Shown: in pieces, positions 9,920 to 20,497 of the stretch
Numbering within the stretch: position 1 is the stretch's first letter
Layout of the letters: every line of letters starts with the position of its first letter
Notes under the pieces: model-generated
Seen by the model: only the letters and a program-made list of their open reading frames with translations
Database searches by the model: none
What the model was told of the DNA's origin: nothing
Source of the DNA: an uncultured Actinomycetes bacterium
Lineage (GTDB): Bacteria; Actinomycetota; UBA4738; HRBIN12
Assembly: GCA_963749895.1 (NCBI GenBank)
Contig: CAVVOG010000002.1
Coordinates: 94,511 to 158,510, forward strand
Length of the DNA stretch: 64,000 bases
Direction: 5' to 3'
Position numbers and translations under genes: made by a program

Positions 9920-11271
9920 TCAGGCGAGCGAGGGCCAATCCGTCCCGTGCGCCTCCACGAATCGATCGAGCAGCGAGCGGGCCAGCTCCTCTGAGCCGAC
10001 GAGGGGGTGGGTCGCGAGCGCTTCACGTGCGGCGGCGAGCGATCCGGTGACCGCCGCCTCCACCGTGAGCCGCTCGTAGCTCTTCACCCGATCGAGCAGC
10101 CGCTCCGCGTGCACCGGGAGGTCGCCCTGCGGCAGGGCCTCCGCGCCATCGCGGGAGGCGATCGAGCTCACCTCGACGACGTCCGCGTCGTGGAGGGTCG
10201 AGATCGCACCACGATTCACGGTGTCCAAGATCAGCCTGGCCGGCCGCCCATGGACCGCGGCCGTGATCACGGCGGCGGCCACGCCTTGATAGCCCTCGTC
10301 GTCGAGGACGTCCGCGTGGCCGCCGCGACCCTCACCCGTCTCGCGGGCGAAGTAGGTCGCGCCACGTTCGCCGACGGCCGCTTCCCAGGCCGAGGCCGCC
10401 CCGGCCAGGTCGCCCGCCTCGACCCGCTCGCGCAAGCGTCGACCACGAGGTGTCGTGCAGCTCGAGCAGCTGCCGCGCCCGCGAGACGCCGGAGCTGAGG
10501 ATGTTCGCCGTCGCACGCGCGGGATCGTCGTAGAAGACCATGTACTCGTTCGGGAGCATCCCGACGCGCCGCACCTGCTCCGGGTCGAACGGCCGCCAGT
10601 GGGGGTCGGCCTGCTGGAGGTCCTCGAACCGGTCGAGCAGCTCGGGCAGCCGGTCGGCGCCGTCGACCACGACGCGATGGATCCATCCGCAGTGGTTCAG
10701 CCCCGCGTAGTCGACCTGGACCTCTTCGGCCGGTCGACCCAGGAACGCCGCGATGCTCCTGTGCATCGCCGCAGGCGTGTCGCACACGCCCACGACCCGC
10801 ACCGAGGTCTGGTCGCACGACGGCCTGCGCCACGATCCCGACGGGGTTCGTGAAGCAGATCAAGAGCGCGTCGGGAGCGACCTCCTCGATCAGCCGGGCA
10901 TGGGCGAGCATCGACGGGATCGTCCGCATCGCCATCGCGAACCCGCCGGGGCCGGTCGTCTCCTGACCGAGCACACCGAGGGCGAGCGGGACCTCCTCGT
11001 CGACGACGCGTCCGGCCTCCTGGGCGGGCCGGATCGCCGAGTAGACGAAGGACGCCCCCGCGATCGCGGAGCGAGCATCGGGGTCGGCGCGCACCGTGAA
11101 GGGGGCTCCCCACGTGGCGCTCAGGTGGGCGCCGAGCGCCCCCATCACCTCGAGGCGGTCGGGGTCGACGTCGTGCAGCACGACCTCGGTCAGCCCCAGG
11201 TCACGACGCCGGCTCAGCCCGTTCAGCACGAACGGGGTGCGTATCCCCGCGCCCAGCAGGGTCAACCTCAC
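9920..11271 (-). CDS. Family 4 glycosyl hydrolase (6-phospho-beta-glucosidase-like), with apparent +1 frameshifts near 10818 and 10434
   Basis: LGQETTGPGG, FTNPVG, GVCDTP, GLNH, LPNEY and ALATHPLV motifs spread over three frames. Confidence 0.85.
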
Positions 11272-12455
11272 GTGTCGAGGACCTCGATCCGGGCCGTGGA
11301 CGGCGCGCGCTCGGCCTGGAGCCGACCGCCGACCCGCTCGGCCTCGCGCATCAGACGCAGGACGTTGCGCCCTGCGATCTTCGTCAGCTCCTCGTCGGAG
11401 TACCCGCGCGCGGCGAGCTCGTCGAACAGCGCCGGATAGCGCGCGACGTCCTCGAGCCCCTCGGGCATCGACGGCGTCCCGTCGAAGTCGCTCCCGATCC
11501 CCACGGCATCGATCCCGGCGACCTCGCGGACGTGGTCGACGTGGTCGGCGACGTCGCCGATCGTGGCGGCGACGTCGCCCTGCGCGCCGAACCAGGCGTC
11601 GAGCGCTTCGCGGACCTTCGCTGGATCGTCGGGGTACTCCGCACGCAGCCGGTCGGCCTCCGCCCAGGCCGCGCGGTTCGCCACGGCGCCCTCGCGGGCG
11701 ACGAACGTCGGAACGAACGCCACCATCACGACGCCACCGGTCCGCCCGACGAGTTCGAGCACGTCGTCGGGGACGTTGCGGGTGACGTCGCACCGCGCAC
11801 GCGCCGAGGAGTGCGAGAAGACGACGGGCGCCTCGGAGACCTCGATCGCCTGGCGCATCACGTCGTCGCTGACGTGGCTGCAATCGACCAGCACCCCGCA
11901 CCGGTTCAGCTCCCGGACGACCTCTTCCCCGAACCGCGTCAGTCCGCCGTTGGGACGCCGGCCGGTGGCCGAATCCGCCCACGGCGTGTCGTCGTTGTGC
12001 GTCAGGGTGAGGTAGCCGGCGCCGAGCGCCGCGAGCGTCCGCAGGGTCCCGAGCGACGACCCGATGCAATGGCCGCCCTCCACCCCGATCGTCGACGCGA
12101 CCCGTCCCGACGCCGCCACCGCCTCGACCTCGTCGGCCGTGTGGGCGAGCGCCATCCGGTCGGGGTTCGCGGCGACGAGTCGCCGGACCGAGTCGATCTG
12201 TTCGAGGGTCTGCGTCACCGCCACCCCCTCGTCCAGATCCGACGGCACGTAGACCGACCAGAACTGCCCTCGGAGACCGCCCGCCTCGGCACGGGGCAGA
12301 TCGGTCTGCAGGTCCGGGCAGGGGCCTGCGGGATCGGGGACGGGGTCGCCGTCGACCCAGCGCTCCCGCAGCGCCCACGGCAGGTCGTTGTGGCCGTCGA
12401 TCAGGGGCGCGGAGCGGAGGAGCTCGACGATGCGGGGGCTCGCCTCGGTCATCAC
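11268..12455 (-). CDS. Membrane dipeptidase (peptidase M19)
   Basis: IDGHNDL, LTLTHN, VDCSH, FSHSS, GIGSDFDG. Confidence 0.95.
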   Translation of the reverse strand: MMTEASPRIVELLRSAPLIDGHNDLPWALRERWVDGDPVPDPAGPCPDLQTDLPRAEAGGLRGQFWSVYVPSDLDEGVAVTQTLEQIDSVRRLVAANPDRMALAHTADEVEAVAASGRVASTIGVEGGHCIGSSLGTLRTLAALGAGYLTLTHNDDTPWADSATGRRPNGGLTRFGEEVVRELNRCGVLVDCSHVSDDVMRQAIEVSEAPVVFSHSSARARCDVTRNVPDDVLELVGRTGGVVMVAFVPTFVAREGAVANRAAWAEADRLRAEYPDDPAKVREALDAWFGAQGDVAATIGDVADHVDHVREVAGIDAVGIGSDFDGTPSMPEGLEDVARYPALFDELAARGYSDEELTKIAGRNVLRLMREAERVGGRLQAERAPSTARIEVLDT

Positions 12456-12489
12456 CGAGGCGAGCCTACCCGCACCGTTGCGGACGTGA

Positions 12490-13524
12490 TCAGGCGATCT
12501 TCGCGACCCGTGCCTGGCCCGGCACGAGCGACCAGATCGTCGTGAAGAGGTGGCCGCGCGCGGCCGTCGTCGCCGTGGGGAGCGGCAGACCGGTCGCGAC
12601 CTCCTGGCAGTGGCCGGCGGGCATGTGGCAGGCGCTCACGGTCCCGCCGGTCCCGAGCCCGAGCTCCGCCGCGAGCCAGCTGGCCTCGTCGAACTCGGTG
12701 ACGTAGACCGTGCCGTCCGGACCGGTGTTGAGGTCGATGATCGACGTGAAGCCGTCCGCGACGACCGAGCACCTCGGGTCCGTGCCGCACTGCGCGTGGC
12801 GCGTCCCCCGCTCGATCCGCCAGATGCGGGACGCCCCGGTCGGCGCGGGGAAGCCCTTGAGCTCACCGACGTAGTAGGCGCCGTCCGGACCGATCGTGAC
12901 GCTCGTCGCCACGGGCTCGGCAGGCATCATGTCCGGCAGCTCGCACACGAACGCGAACTCGTCGGGCGCGTCCGGGCATCCCGCGAGCGCCTTCGCGTTC
13001 GCGGTGGACACGAGCTCGTTCGGGAACGCCGCCACCCAGTTCACGCGGCCGGTCTCGCTCACCCGGAGCAACGAGTTGCCCGCCGCGTCGGCGACCAGCG
13101 CCGCCCCGCCCGGGGCTCTCGCGACGTCGAACGCGTTCGACTCGACCGGGCCGCCGGCCGGGTTCACCTCGGCCTCGTACCCGGCGATGTCGGCCATCGG
13201 CCACGCGGTCGTGCCGGTGATGCGGTAGAGCATCCCCTCCTCGCCGCCGGAGATCGCGTGCAGCGACCGGCGGCCGATCGGGGCGACGTCGACCACACCG
13301 GGAAGATCGATCACCTTCGTCCCGGTCCCCTTGCGGAGCTCCACCACGCCGGCGCCGGTGTCGGCCACCGCGAGCGCGCCGTCGGGCATCGTGGCCAGCC
13401 CGAACAGCGGCGAGGCGAAGTCGTAGTCGGGAACGTCATCGGCCTGTGCGACCGACGGCAAGAGCAGGAACGCCGCAAGCACCCCGAACACCCGGAGCGC
13501 ACGCGAACGAGCAGAACGAACCAT
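12490..13524 (-). CDS. Secreted ScyD/ScyE-family beta-propeller protein
   Basis: Signal peptide AQA; LVADAAGNSLL and EPVATSVTIGPDGAYYVGELKGFP. Confidence 0.8.
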   Translation of the reverse strand: MVRSARSRALRVFGVLAAFLLLPSVAQADDVPDYDFASPLFGLATMPDGALAVADTGAGVVELRKGTGTKVIDLPGVVDVAPIGRRSLHAISGGEEGMLYRITGTTAWPMADIAGYEAEVNPAGGPVESNAFDVARAPGGAALVADAAGNSLLRVSETGRVNWVAAFPNELVSTANAKALAGCPDAPDEFAFVCELPDMMPAEPVATSVTIGPDGAYYVGELKGFPAPTGASRIWRIERGTRHAQCGTDPRCSVVADGFTSIIDLNTGPDGTVYVTEFDEASWLAAELGLGTGGTVSACHMPAGHCQEVATGLPLPTATTAARGHLFTTIWSLVPGQARVAKIA

Positions 13525-13719
13525 GGGATCCCCCCCTTTTCGAGAACCCTCCCTGTCTAGCACGGGTCGCCGCGAGGGGGAATAGGCCGTCGGTCGAGGA
13601 TGGGTCAGCCGGGAGCGACGCGGACGTCCAGACGCCGATGCGGAGGTGACCCGATCCGATCCCGCGGTCAGCCAGCGTGATGGCGCCGGGGACGTACGTC
13701 GTGCGACCCTGTCCGCCGC

Positions 13720-14931
13720 ATGCGTCGACCTCTCGTCATCCTGTTGTTCGCGGCGATCTTCGTGGCGGAGATCGGGTGGTCCGGCGTGGCCCCCCTGATC
13801 CCGGACTTCCAGGATCGCTACGACCTGACCGAGACCCAAGCGGGACTCGTGTTCACGCTCGCGAGCCTCGGCATCTTGCTCGCGTCGCTCCCGGCCGGAG
13901 CGCTCAGCCGGCGGTTCGCGGTGCGGACGCTGACGCTCTGGGGGATGGCCTCGATCACGGTCGCGAACCTGCTGCTGGCGGTGGCCGAGACGTTCCCGGT
14001 CGTGCTCGCCGGACGCGTCTTCTTCGGGATCGGGCTCGGGATGATGTGGGTGACCGGGACCGCCTGGATCCACGCCGCAGCGGGTGACGCGGCGCCGCGG
14101 GCGCTCGCGATGACCACGGCCGTGGTGGGGGTCGGCGCGCTGATCGGTCCGGCGATCACCGGCGTCGTCGCGGAGCAACTCTCCCTGGGAGCCCCGTTCG
14201 TCGGGCTCGGCCTGGTCTCGGCGGCGATGACCGTCGCGCTCCTCCTGGCCCCGTCGCGCGTCGGGCGAACCCCGGAGCCGAGCCCCCCGCTCGCAGAGAT
14301 GCTCAAGGCCGTCGGCGTCGATCACCTGATGCTGACGAGCATCGTGCTCACGCTGGCCGTCTCGATGATGTGGATGACGAGCGACCTGCTGGTACCGCTG
14401 CGCCTGGACGAGCACGGCTTCTCCTCGTCGGGGATCGGCCTCGCGCTGTCGCTCGCGTCCGTGATGTTCGTCGGGGCGAGCGCCCTGACGGCGCGCCACG
14501 CCGAGCGCTACGCGACGATCCGCCTCTCAGCCGCGTGGACGCTGGCGATGGCGGCCGGGATCGCGGTGGGGGCGTCCGGCACGTCGACCGCCGCCACGCT
14601 CGTGTTCCTCGCGATCGCGGGCTCGACGTCCGGCGTGCTGATCGCGCTCACGTACCCGCTCGGCGTGACCGGCGCCGAGCGCGGGCACTTCTCGGTCGCC
14701 GTGGTCGGCGCGATCCTCAACATGGTCTGGGCCGGCGCCGGCCTCGTCGGTCCCGCGGCCGGCGGGGCGCTCTCCGAGGCCCTCGGAGATCAGGCCGCGT
14801 TCCTCGTCCTGGCCGTCATCGCCGTCGCGAGCGCCGCGTGGATGTGGCTGCGCCGAGACCGAGGCGCGGTGACGCCCGAACAGGCCGAGGCGGCGGCCGC
14901 CGCCGCCGCCGTGACCGAACACCCGCTCTGA
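13720..14931 (+). CDS. MFS transporter
   Basis: 12 hydrophobic segments; motif-A-like GALSRRFA; 403 aa. Confidence 0.9.
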   Translation: MRRPLVILLFAAIFVAEIGWSGVAPLIPDFQDRYDLTETQAGLVFTLASLGILLASLPAGALSRRFAVRTLTLWGMASITVANLLLAVAETFPVVLAGRVFFGIGLGMMWVTGTAWIHAAAGDAAPRALAMTTAVVGVGALIGPAITGVVAEQLSLGAPFVGLGLVSAAMTVALLLAPSRVGRTPEPSPPLAEMLKAVGVDHLMLTSIVLTLAVSMMWMTSDLLVPLRLDEHGFSSSGIGLALSLASVMFVGASALTARHAERYATIRLSAAWTLAMAAGIAVGASGTSTAATLVFLAIAGSTSGVLIALTYPLGVTGAERGHFSVAVVGAILNMVWAGAGLVGPAAGGALSEALGDQAAFLVLAVIAVASAAWMWLRRDRGAVTPEQAEAAAAAAAVTEHPL

Positions 14932-14935
14932 GCAG

Positions 14936-16556
14936 CTACGCGAGCGCCTTGCGCTTGCCCTTGTCCCGCAGGATCTCCCGCACGCAGTGGTGGCCGGGCA
15001 GACCCGTCACCCCACCGCCCGCGTGGGTCGCGCTCGACGCCTGGTACAGGCCGCGGATCGGCGTGCGGTAGTCCGCGTACTCGGGTGCCGGTCGCATGTG
15101 GAACAACTGATCGACCGCCAGCTCCCCGTGGAAGATGTTGCCCCCGATCAGGCTCCAGTCGTCCTGCATCTGCTTCGGCCCGATCACCTGCCGGTGGAGC
15201 ACCGAGGACTTGAACCCTGGCGCCACCGTGTCGATCCGGTCGACGAGCCGGTCGGCGTAGGCCTCGAGGTCGTCCTGGTGACCGTCCTCGTCGGCCCAGT
15301 CCGCGGGGACCCACTGGGAGAAGCACGACATCACGTGGATCCCCTCGGGCGCGAGCGTCCGGTCGAACACGGTCGGGAGCGCCGTGTCGCTGAACGGCAG
15401 CGTCGCCGCCTTCCCCGAACGAGCGTCCTGGAACGCGGTCTCGAGGTACTCGAGGTCGTCGAGGACCTGGATCGCACCCCCGTGGATCTGCGGGTCGTAG
15501 TCGGGGTCGGCCGCGAAGGTCGGCAGCTCGGACAGGGCCATGTTCGACCTTCACCGTGCCGCTGCGGGTGCGCCAGTGCTCGATGTCGCGCACGAACGTG
15601 TCCGGGAGCTCGCTCGGCGAGAGGTGCTGGAGGAACCCGATCTTCGGGTGGACCGTCGTGACGACGACCGGCGCCAGCAGCTCCTCGCCGTCGGTGAGCA
15701 CGACCCCGCGCACCCGATCGCCGGCCGTGATCACCCGGTCGACCTTCGCGTTCAACCGGAGCTCGGCGCCGTGGAAGACCGCGGAGTCGGCGCACGCCTT
15801 CCCGACCGCGCCCATCCCGCCCTCGGGGTAGCCCCACGACGAGATCTGGCCGTCGCCGACGTCGCCGACGGAGTGGTGCATCAAGACGTAGGCGGTCCCG
15901 GGCTCCTCGGGCCCGGCCCAGGTACCGATGATGCCGTTCACCGCCAGGAACCCCTTGAGCACCGGCGACTCGAACCACCGGTCGAGCAGGTCCGCCGCGC
16001 TCATCGTGAACAGCCGCGTGATGTCCGCCACCGTCTGCGCATCGATCTCCTTGCGGAGCATCCAGCCCAGCTGGGCGACGTCCTTGATGTCCTTCGGGTC
16101 GCGCGAGCCGACCGTCGGCGGCGTCTGCCACAGCATCGGCGACAGGATCGCGCCGATGCGTCCGATCCACTCCTCGTACGCGAAGTACGTATCGGCGTCA
16201 CGCTTCGAGAACCGCCCGATCGACTCGCGGGTCTTGTCCTCGTCCTCATGGCGGACGATCGACCCGTCGGGCAGCGGCAGGTATCCCAGGCCTTGCGGGA
16301 AGATCTTGTAGCCGAACCGCTCCAGCTGCAGGTCGCGTTGGATCGACGGCGGCATCAGGCTCATCACGTAGCTGAGCGTGGTGACCTTGATGTCAGGCGC
16401 CTCGGGCCACGGAGCCATCGTGTCGGCGGCGCCGCCCGGCTTGTCGCGCGCTTCCAGCACGACCACCCGCGCGCCGAACTTCGCGAGGTACGCCGCGGCG
16501 ATGCAGCCGTTGTGCCCGCCCCCGATCACGACGGCGTCGTAGACGTTCGCTCCCAT
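14936..16556 (-). CDS. Phytoene dehydrogenase-like FAD-dependent oxidoreductase, with apparent +1 frameshift near 15545
   Basis: IGGGHNG FAD motif, GYPEGGMG, GNIFHGEL, THAGGGVTG; an extra G between VKV and NMALSELP. Confidence 0.9.
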
Positions 16557-16658
16557 GGTCCCTTCCCCTCGGACGTGGACAGCCCCGACGCTATCCCACG
16601 AGGGTCAGGCAGCGGGAACCGGCCAGTGGCCCTGCTCGGCCGGGTCGAGCGGCCCACA

Positions 16659-16698
16659 CGGAACGAGCCCGGGCCTCGAAGTGCCCGGGCTCGTTCCG
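16659..16698 (-). terminator. 16-bp GC-rich hairpin, probable terminator
   Basis: CGGAACGAGCCCGGGC-N8-GCCCGGGCTCGTTCCG just after the stop of 16711..17142. Confidence 0.6.
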
Positions 16699-16710
16699 AT
16701 GGCTCGATCG

Positions 16711-17142
16711 TCAGCTCGATGTGCCCTCGAAGAAGGCCTCGGACCGGTCGTTCCCGTACAGGGCCCACAGTACGAAGACCCCGACCAGGAGCGTGAAGAA
16801 CCCGCGGTACAGGTAGGCGCCCGCGTGGTGGGTCACCATCGCGTACAGGGCGATCCCCATCACGATCGCCTCGACGATCGCGACGAACAAGCGCATGCCC
16901 TTGCTCCCGGACATGATCCCGGCGGCGACGATCAACAGCAGGATCGCCGCGATCGCCTCACCGATGACCGTGCCGGTCACGGAACCGTCCGACAGAGCGC
17001 TGCCGTTGTCGGCGAGGAAGTCCTGGATGTTGTCGCGGAACGCGAGCAACACGACGGCCGAGACCGCCGCCAGGAACGCCTGGATGTACAAGATCACCCC
17101 GATGAAGGTGACCACCCCCGGTCGGGCCGGTCTCATCGACAT
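16711..17142 (-). CDS. 4-TM membrane protein, function unknown
   Basis: GGAGG-like RBS; RPGVVTFIGVI start; four TM segments; SEAFF C-terminus. Confidence 0.8.
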   Translation of the reverse strand: MSMRPARPGVVTFIGVILYIQAFLAAVSAVVLLAFRDNIQDFLADNGSALSDGSVTGTVIGEAIAAILLLIVAAGIMSGSKGMRLFVAIVEAIVMGIALYAMVTHHAGAYLYRGFFTLLVGVFVLWALYGNDRSEAFFEGTSS

Positions 17143-17519
17143 CGTGAAATTCCTCCCCTCACACGCGCCGGCCGGGCGCCGACGCTCGATCCCACAGGTG
17201 CGCCAGCGCTGCGCTTCGATCGGTCATAGAACGTCACGCTCACGCCTCGGGCACGATCGGTGAGGGTATTGGTCGCACTCCGAGCAAACAAGACCAGAAC
17301 CCATTCATGATTCGAGCACCTGACCAACTCCCGCACGAAGATCCTCGCCTGGGGGCGGCGGAGCTCGAGCTCCGCCGTGATGCGCCGTAACACCTCACTC
17401 CCGAGCTTGGTGTTCGAAACGACGACGGCCGGCCGAACTCGGTGAGGATCGTCAGCAGCCGGGCTGTGTCCCTGTCGGATCCCCGGCCATCGGCGAGAGG
17501 ATAGGCAAGCCGCGGAGGC

Positions 17520-18101
17520 TCAGCCCTTGCAGGGATCGGCGCCGGCCCCGCAGAGCGTCACGTCGTAGCGCTCCGCCAACCGGGCGGCGAGCGCGCGGCG
17601 GTCGATGAACCCGAGCATGCCCTTGGCCTGGTCGAGCACGGCGGGATCGGTGGTCTCGGGCGGAAGCATGATCCGCTCGACCACGCACCCGCCCTCGAAC
17701 ACGTAGGTCCGGGTCTCCCCCGTTGCCGAGCTCGCCTGGAAGGCATCGGCGCCCACGGCGCGGGGGTCCGAGAAGGGCTCGCCCTGCGGGTCGCACGACG
17801 CGGTGAGATGCACCTCGATGACCCGTGAGGCGACGCCGACGACCGACGACGTCAGCCAGTACGTCGTGGAGTCCCTCCGGACGTCCTTGTCGAGGAAGCT
17901 CCAACCCGCCGGATACCCGGTGATGCAGGGGAGGCGGGTCGCGCTCTGGACCGACTGCGCGATCAGGATCATCGTCTCGTTCGCTTCGGAGCACAGCGGC
18001 TCCGTGCCGTGCGCGAAGGGGTTGTTCCCGTCCTGGGGTGGCGCGCACGCCGCGAGGACCCACGTCGCGACGAGCAACGAGATGGCGAGACGACGGCTCA
18101 C
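17520..18101 (-). CDS. Cys-rich lipoprotein, homologous to the C-terminal domain of 48505..50583
   Basis: Lipobox LAAC; AQSVQSATRLPC..PAGW; 6 further Cys; GTGA-coupled to the kinase fusion. Confidence 0.8.
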   Translation of the reverse strand: MSRRLAISLLVATWVLAACAPPQDGNNPFAHGTEPLCSEANETMILIAQSVQSATRLPCITGYPAGWSFLDKDVRRDSTTYWLTSSVVGVASRVIEVHLTASCDPQGEPFSDPRAVGADAFQASSATGETRTYVFEGGCVVERIMLPPETTDPAVLDQAKGMLGFIDRRALAARLAERYDVTLCGAGADPCKG

Positions 18102-19831
18102 AGGCCCGCCCCCAGGCTCGACCAGACGAACGACGCGGCGATCAGGACGCCGATCCCCGCCGCGACCGTGAGCCCCACGCGACGGAGGCTCCAACGCTGG
18201 ATCGAGATCGGCTCTCGCGGCGGGGCGAGCTCGCGGAAGCGTTCGGTCAGGCCTCGTCCGTCGGCCTTCACCGCGCGCTGCAGCTCAGTCGGGACGGCCA
18301 AGCCCTTGATCGCGGCGAACGCCTCCGCGATGTCGTCCGGGGTGAAGTACGCGAGCGCCCGCTGATAGACCCGTTCGGCATCGGTCCGAAGAGCCAAGGT
18401 CAGCATCATGTTCGCGAGGTCGACCGCCTGTCGCCACGGCGTGGGGCGGACCTCCAGGAAGAAGACGTCGATGTACTTCAGATGCCCGCGCTGGACCAGC
18501 AGGTTCGATGGCTTGATGTCGCGAGCCGCCAGCCCCTCGTCCCAGAGCTTGCGGACCATCGCGAGGCCCTCGTCGATGATCTCGTCGGTCACCTCGGCGT
18601 CGCCCAGCTCCTTCGCGTCCTCGAAGAAGCCCGTGACGAGCATGTACTCGCGATCGGGGGTGAGCTCCACGACCCCGTGGTTCGTCGCCACCGGGAACCC
18701 CACGTCGTCGAGGAGGCGCAGCGCGTAGTCCTCGTACTGGACCAGACGCCTGACGGAGCCGAACGGGACCTCGTCCTCGAGACGCCCGTACATGACCGTC
18801 CGGATGACCTTGTAGGAGCGATCCGAGCGTACGTGGCGCATCGTGTAGAGCTTCGCGAACAGGTGCTCGTCGAGCTCGGCGACCTTGATCCGCATCGGCG
18901 TGGAGGCACCGGAGCCCTCCTCGCCGAAGGGCTTGACGTCATCCACCGTGTAGCCGAGCTGATCGTGGACCGCCGCCACGATCGCCTCACCCCGGGCCCC
19001 CCCGAGATCCACGTGCGCCGCGTTCCCGCCCTTGTAGGCCACCGGCTCCACGTCGTCCGACGCGAAGAAGCGGAAGGCCGGGATCGCGAAGCTCGCCGCC
19101 AGCAGCACGCCGAACGCCACGTCGAGCGGGTGGCTCGCCCCGAGGTACACGCGGGACAGGCTGAGGGCGCCGATCAGCACGCCCGCCGCCCACGCGGCCC
19201 GCCGCCGGACCGGCCCGGAGGGCGCGAAGCAGTAGACGATCGAGATCATGGTGACGGCGAAGGTCGTCACGGCGATCGACGGAAGGGACGCGCCCCGCCA
19301 GTCGCCGACGATCTCCACCCCCATCGGACGCGGGCGGCCGATCGCATCGATCAGGATGACGGTCAGCCCGTCGACCACCACCAGGAGGCCGACGAACGTG
19401 AACAGGTGCCGCCAGCGCTTGAAGACCAGGAGCCCGATCAGGGTCGCGATCCTGAGCGCCCAGACCACCTCGGGTTGACCCAGCCGGTCGATGACGTTCA
19501 TCGCGGACGTGAGCCACGACGCACGGATGCTCGCGAACCACAGCACGATCGGCGACTCAAGCTGCTCGATCGTCCCATCCACCTCTCGGAAGACGACGAA
19601 CAGCCCGGTGACCACGGTCAGCAGCGCGAACGCCACCAGGAGGCGTCCCGAGCGACCGATCTCGCGCGGCAGCGGCGGTGGCTCACCCGACGGGCGACGA
19701 CGACCCATCCGGCCCTGCGGCACCTCGGACGTGGTCTCGATCGTCCTCTCCTCGACTCGGCGGAAGGGCTCCCGCGACGCCCTCGGCACGGACGTCCGGC
19801 GGAGCCTACCCAGGAGGCACAGCGGAGGCAA
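18098..19831 (-). CDS. PAP2-like membrane domain + protein-kinase-like domain fusion (start uncertain: 19831, 19789 or 19708)
   Basis: GRPRP, LPSIA, SRVYLGASHPLD; kinase motifs GEEGSGAS, FAKLY, ARDIKPSN, IDVFF; C-terminal TM. Confidence 0.85.
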   Translation of the reverse strand: MPPLCLLGRLRRTSVPRASREPFRRVEERTIETTSEVPQGRMGRRRPSGEPPPLPREIGRSGRLLVAFALLTVVTGLFVVFREVDGTIEQLESPIVLWFASIRASWLTSAMNVIDRLGQPEVVWALRIATLIGLLVFKRWRHLFTFVGLLVVVDGLTVILIDAIGRPRPMGVEIVGDWRGASLPSIAVTTFAVTMISIVYCFAPSGPVRRRAAWAAGVLIGALSLSRVYLGASHPLDVAFGVLLAASFAIPAFRFFASDDVEPVAYKGGNAAHVDLGGARGEAIVAAVHDQLGYTVDDVKPFGEEGSGASTPMRIKVAELDEHLFAKLYTMRHVRSDRSYKVIRTVMYGRLEDEVPFGSVRRLVQYEDYALRLLDDVGFPVATNHGVVELTPDREYMLVTGFFEDAKELGDAEVTDEIIDEGLAMVRKLWDEGLAARDIKPSNLLVQRGHLKYIDVFFLEVRPTPWRQAVDLANMMLTLALRTDAERVYQRALAYFTPDDIAEAFAAIKGLAVPTELQRAVKADGRGLTERFRELAPPREPISIQRWSLRRVGLTVAAGIGVLIAASFVWSSLGAGL

Positions 19832-19858
19832 CCGGCCGCTGAGCGGTGCAGGACCGCG

Positions 19859-20473
19859 TCACGCGGCGGATCCGCGGGGCAGTCTCAGGGCGATCGCCAC
19901 GGTCGCCCCCATCATCGTGCCGAGGGCGAGTCCGCCGAGCACGTCGAGCGGGTTGTGCGCGCCCAGATAGATCCGGGAGAACGCGACGAGCGCGACCACG
20001 AGCCACGGAACGATCCGCCAACGGCCGCGCAGGTAGGGCGTCACGACCCACGCGAGTCCGGTGACGAGCACGACGTGCCCGGATACGAACGAGACCCCCG
20101 AGTCGGGGGCACCTGCGCGGACCTCGACCACGGGCTCGGTGACCCCGGGGCGCTCCCGCTGGATGTCCAGCACGTTCCACACGAACCGCTCGGCGGCAAG
20201 CTTGCCCACCGTGATGAGGACCGCAGCGAGCGCCAACCACCACCGACGGAAGACCAGCGCCACGACCGCGACGATCGGCCCGACGAGCAGCACCCCCAGG
20301 AGCTGGGCGCCGTGCATCACGGGGGTCAGCGCGTCCGTCGACCCGTTGATCGCCCGGAAGATCGCCTGCTCCCACTCCGGGACGGTCCCGTGCCGTGCCA
20401 CCGACGCGGCCAGCCCGAACACGACGAGACCCGCCCCGATCGCCACCGCGCGGAGTCGCTGAACCGGATCCAC
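19859..20473 (-). CDS. PAP2 family phosphatase
   Basis: QRERP, SFVSGH, SRIYLGAHNPLD. Confidence 0.9.
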   Translation of the reverse strand: MDPVQRLRAVAIGAGLVVFGLAASVARHGTVPEWEQAIFRAINGSTDALTPVMHGAQLLGVLLVGPIVAVVALVFRRWWLALAAVLITVGKLAAERFVWNVLDIQRERPGVTEPVVEVRAGAPDSGVSFVSGHVVLVTGLAWVVTPYLRGRWRIVPWLVVALVAFSRIYLGAHNPLDVLGGLALGTMMGATVAIALRLPRGSAA

Positions 20474-20480
20474 GGCGCCC

Positions 20481-20490
20481 ATCGTAGGAT
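20481..20490. promoter_or_regulatory. Overlapping bidirectional -10 elements (TACGAT on minus, TAGGAT on plus)
   Basis: ATCGTAGGAT; each hexamer lies exactly 7 nt before an in-frame GTG (20473 minus, 20498 plus). Confidence 0.6.
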
Positions 20491-20497
20491 GCGCGCC

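Noticed and set aside
12490-13524. Scytonemin biosynthesis
   Set aside because: It is a lone ScyD/E-like propeller with no other scy genes.
14936-16556. Carotenoid biosynthesis cluster
   Set aside because: No crtB or crtE neighbours; it is a generic phytoene-dehydrogenase-like oxidoreductase.
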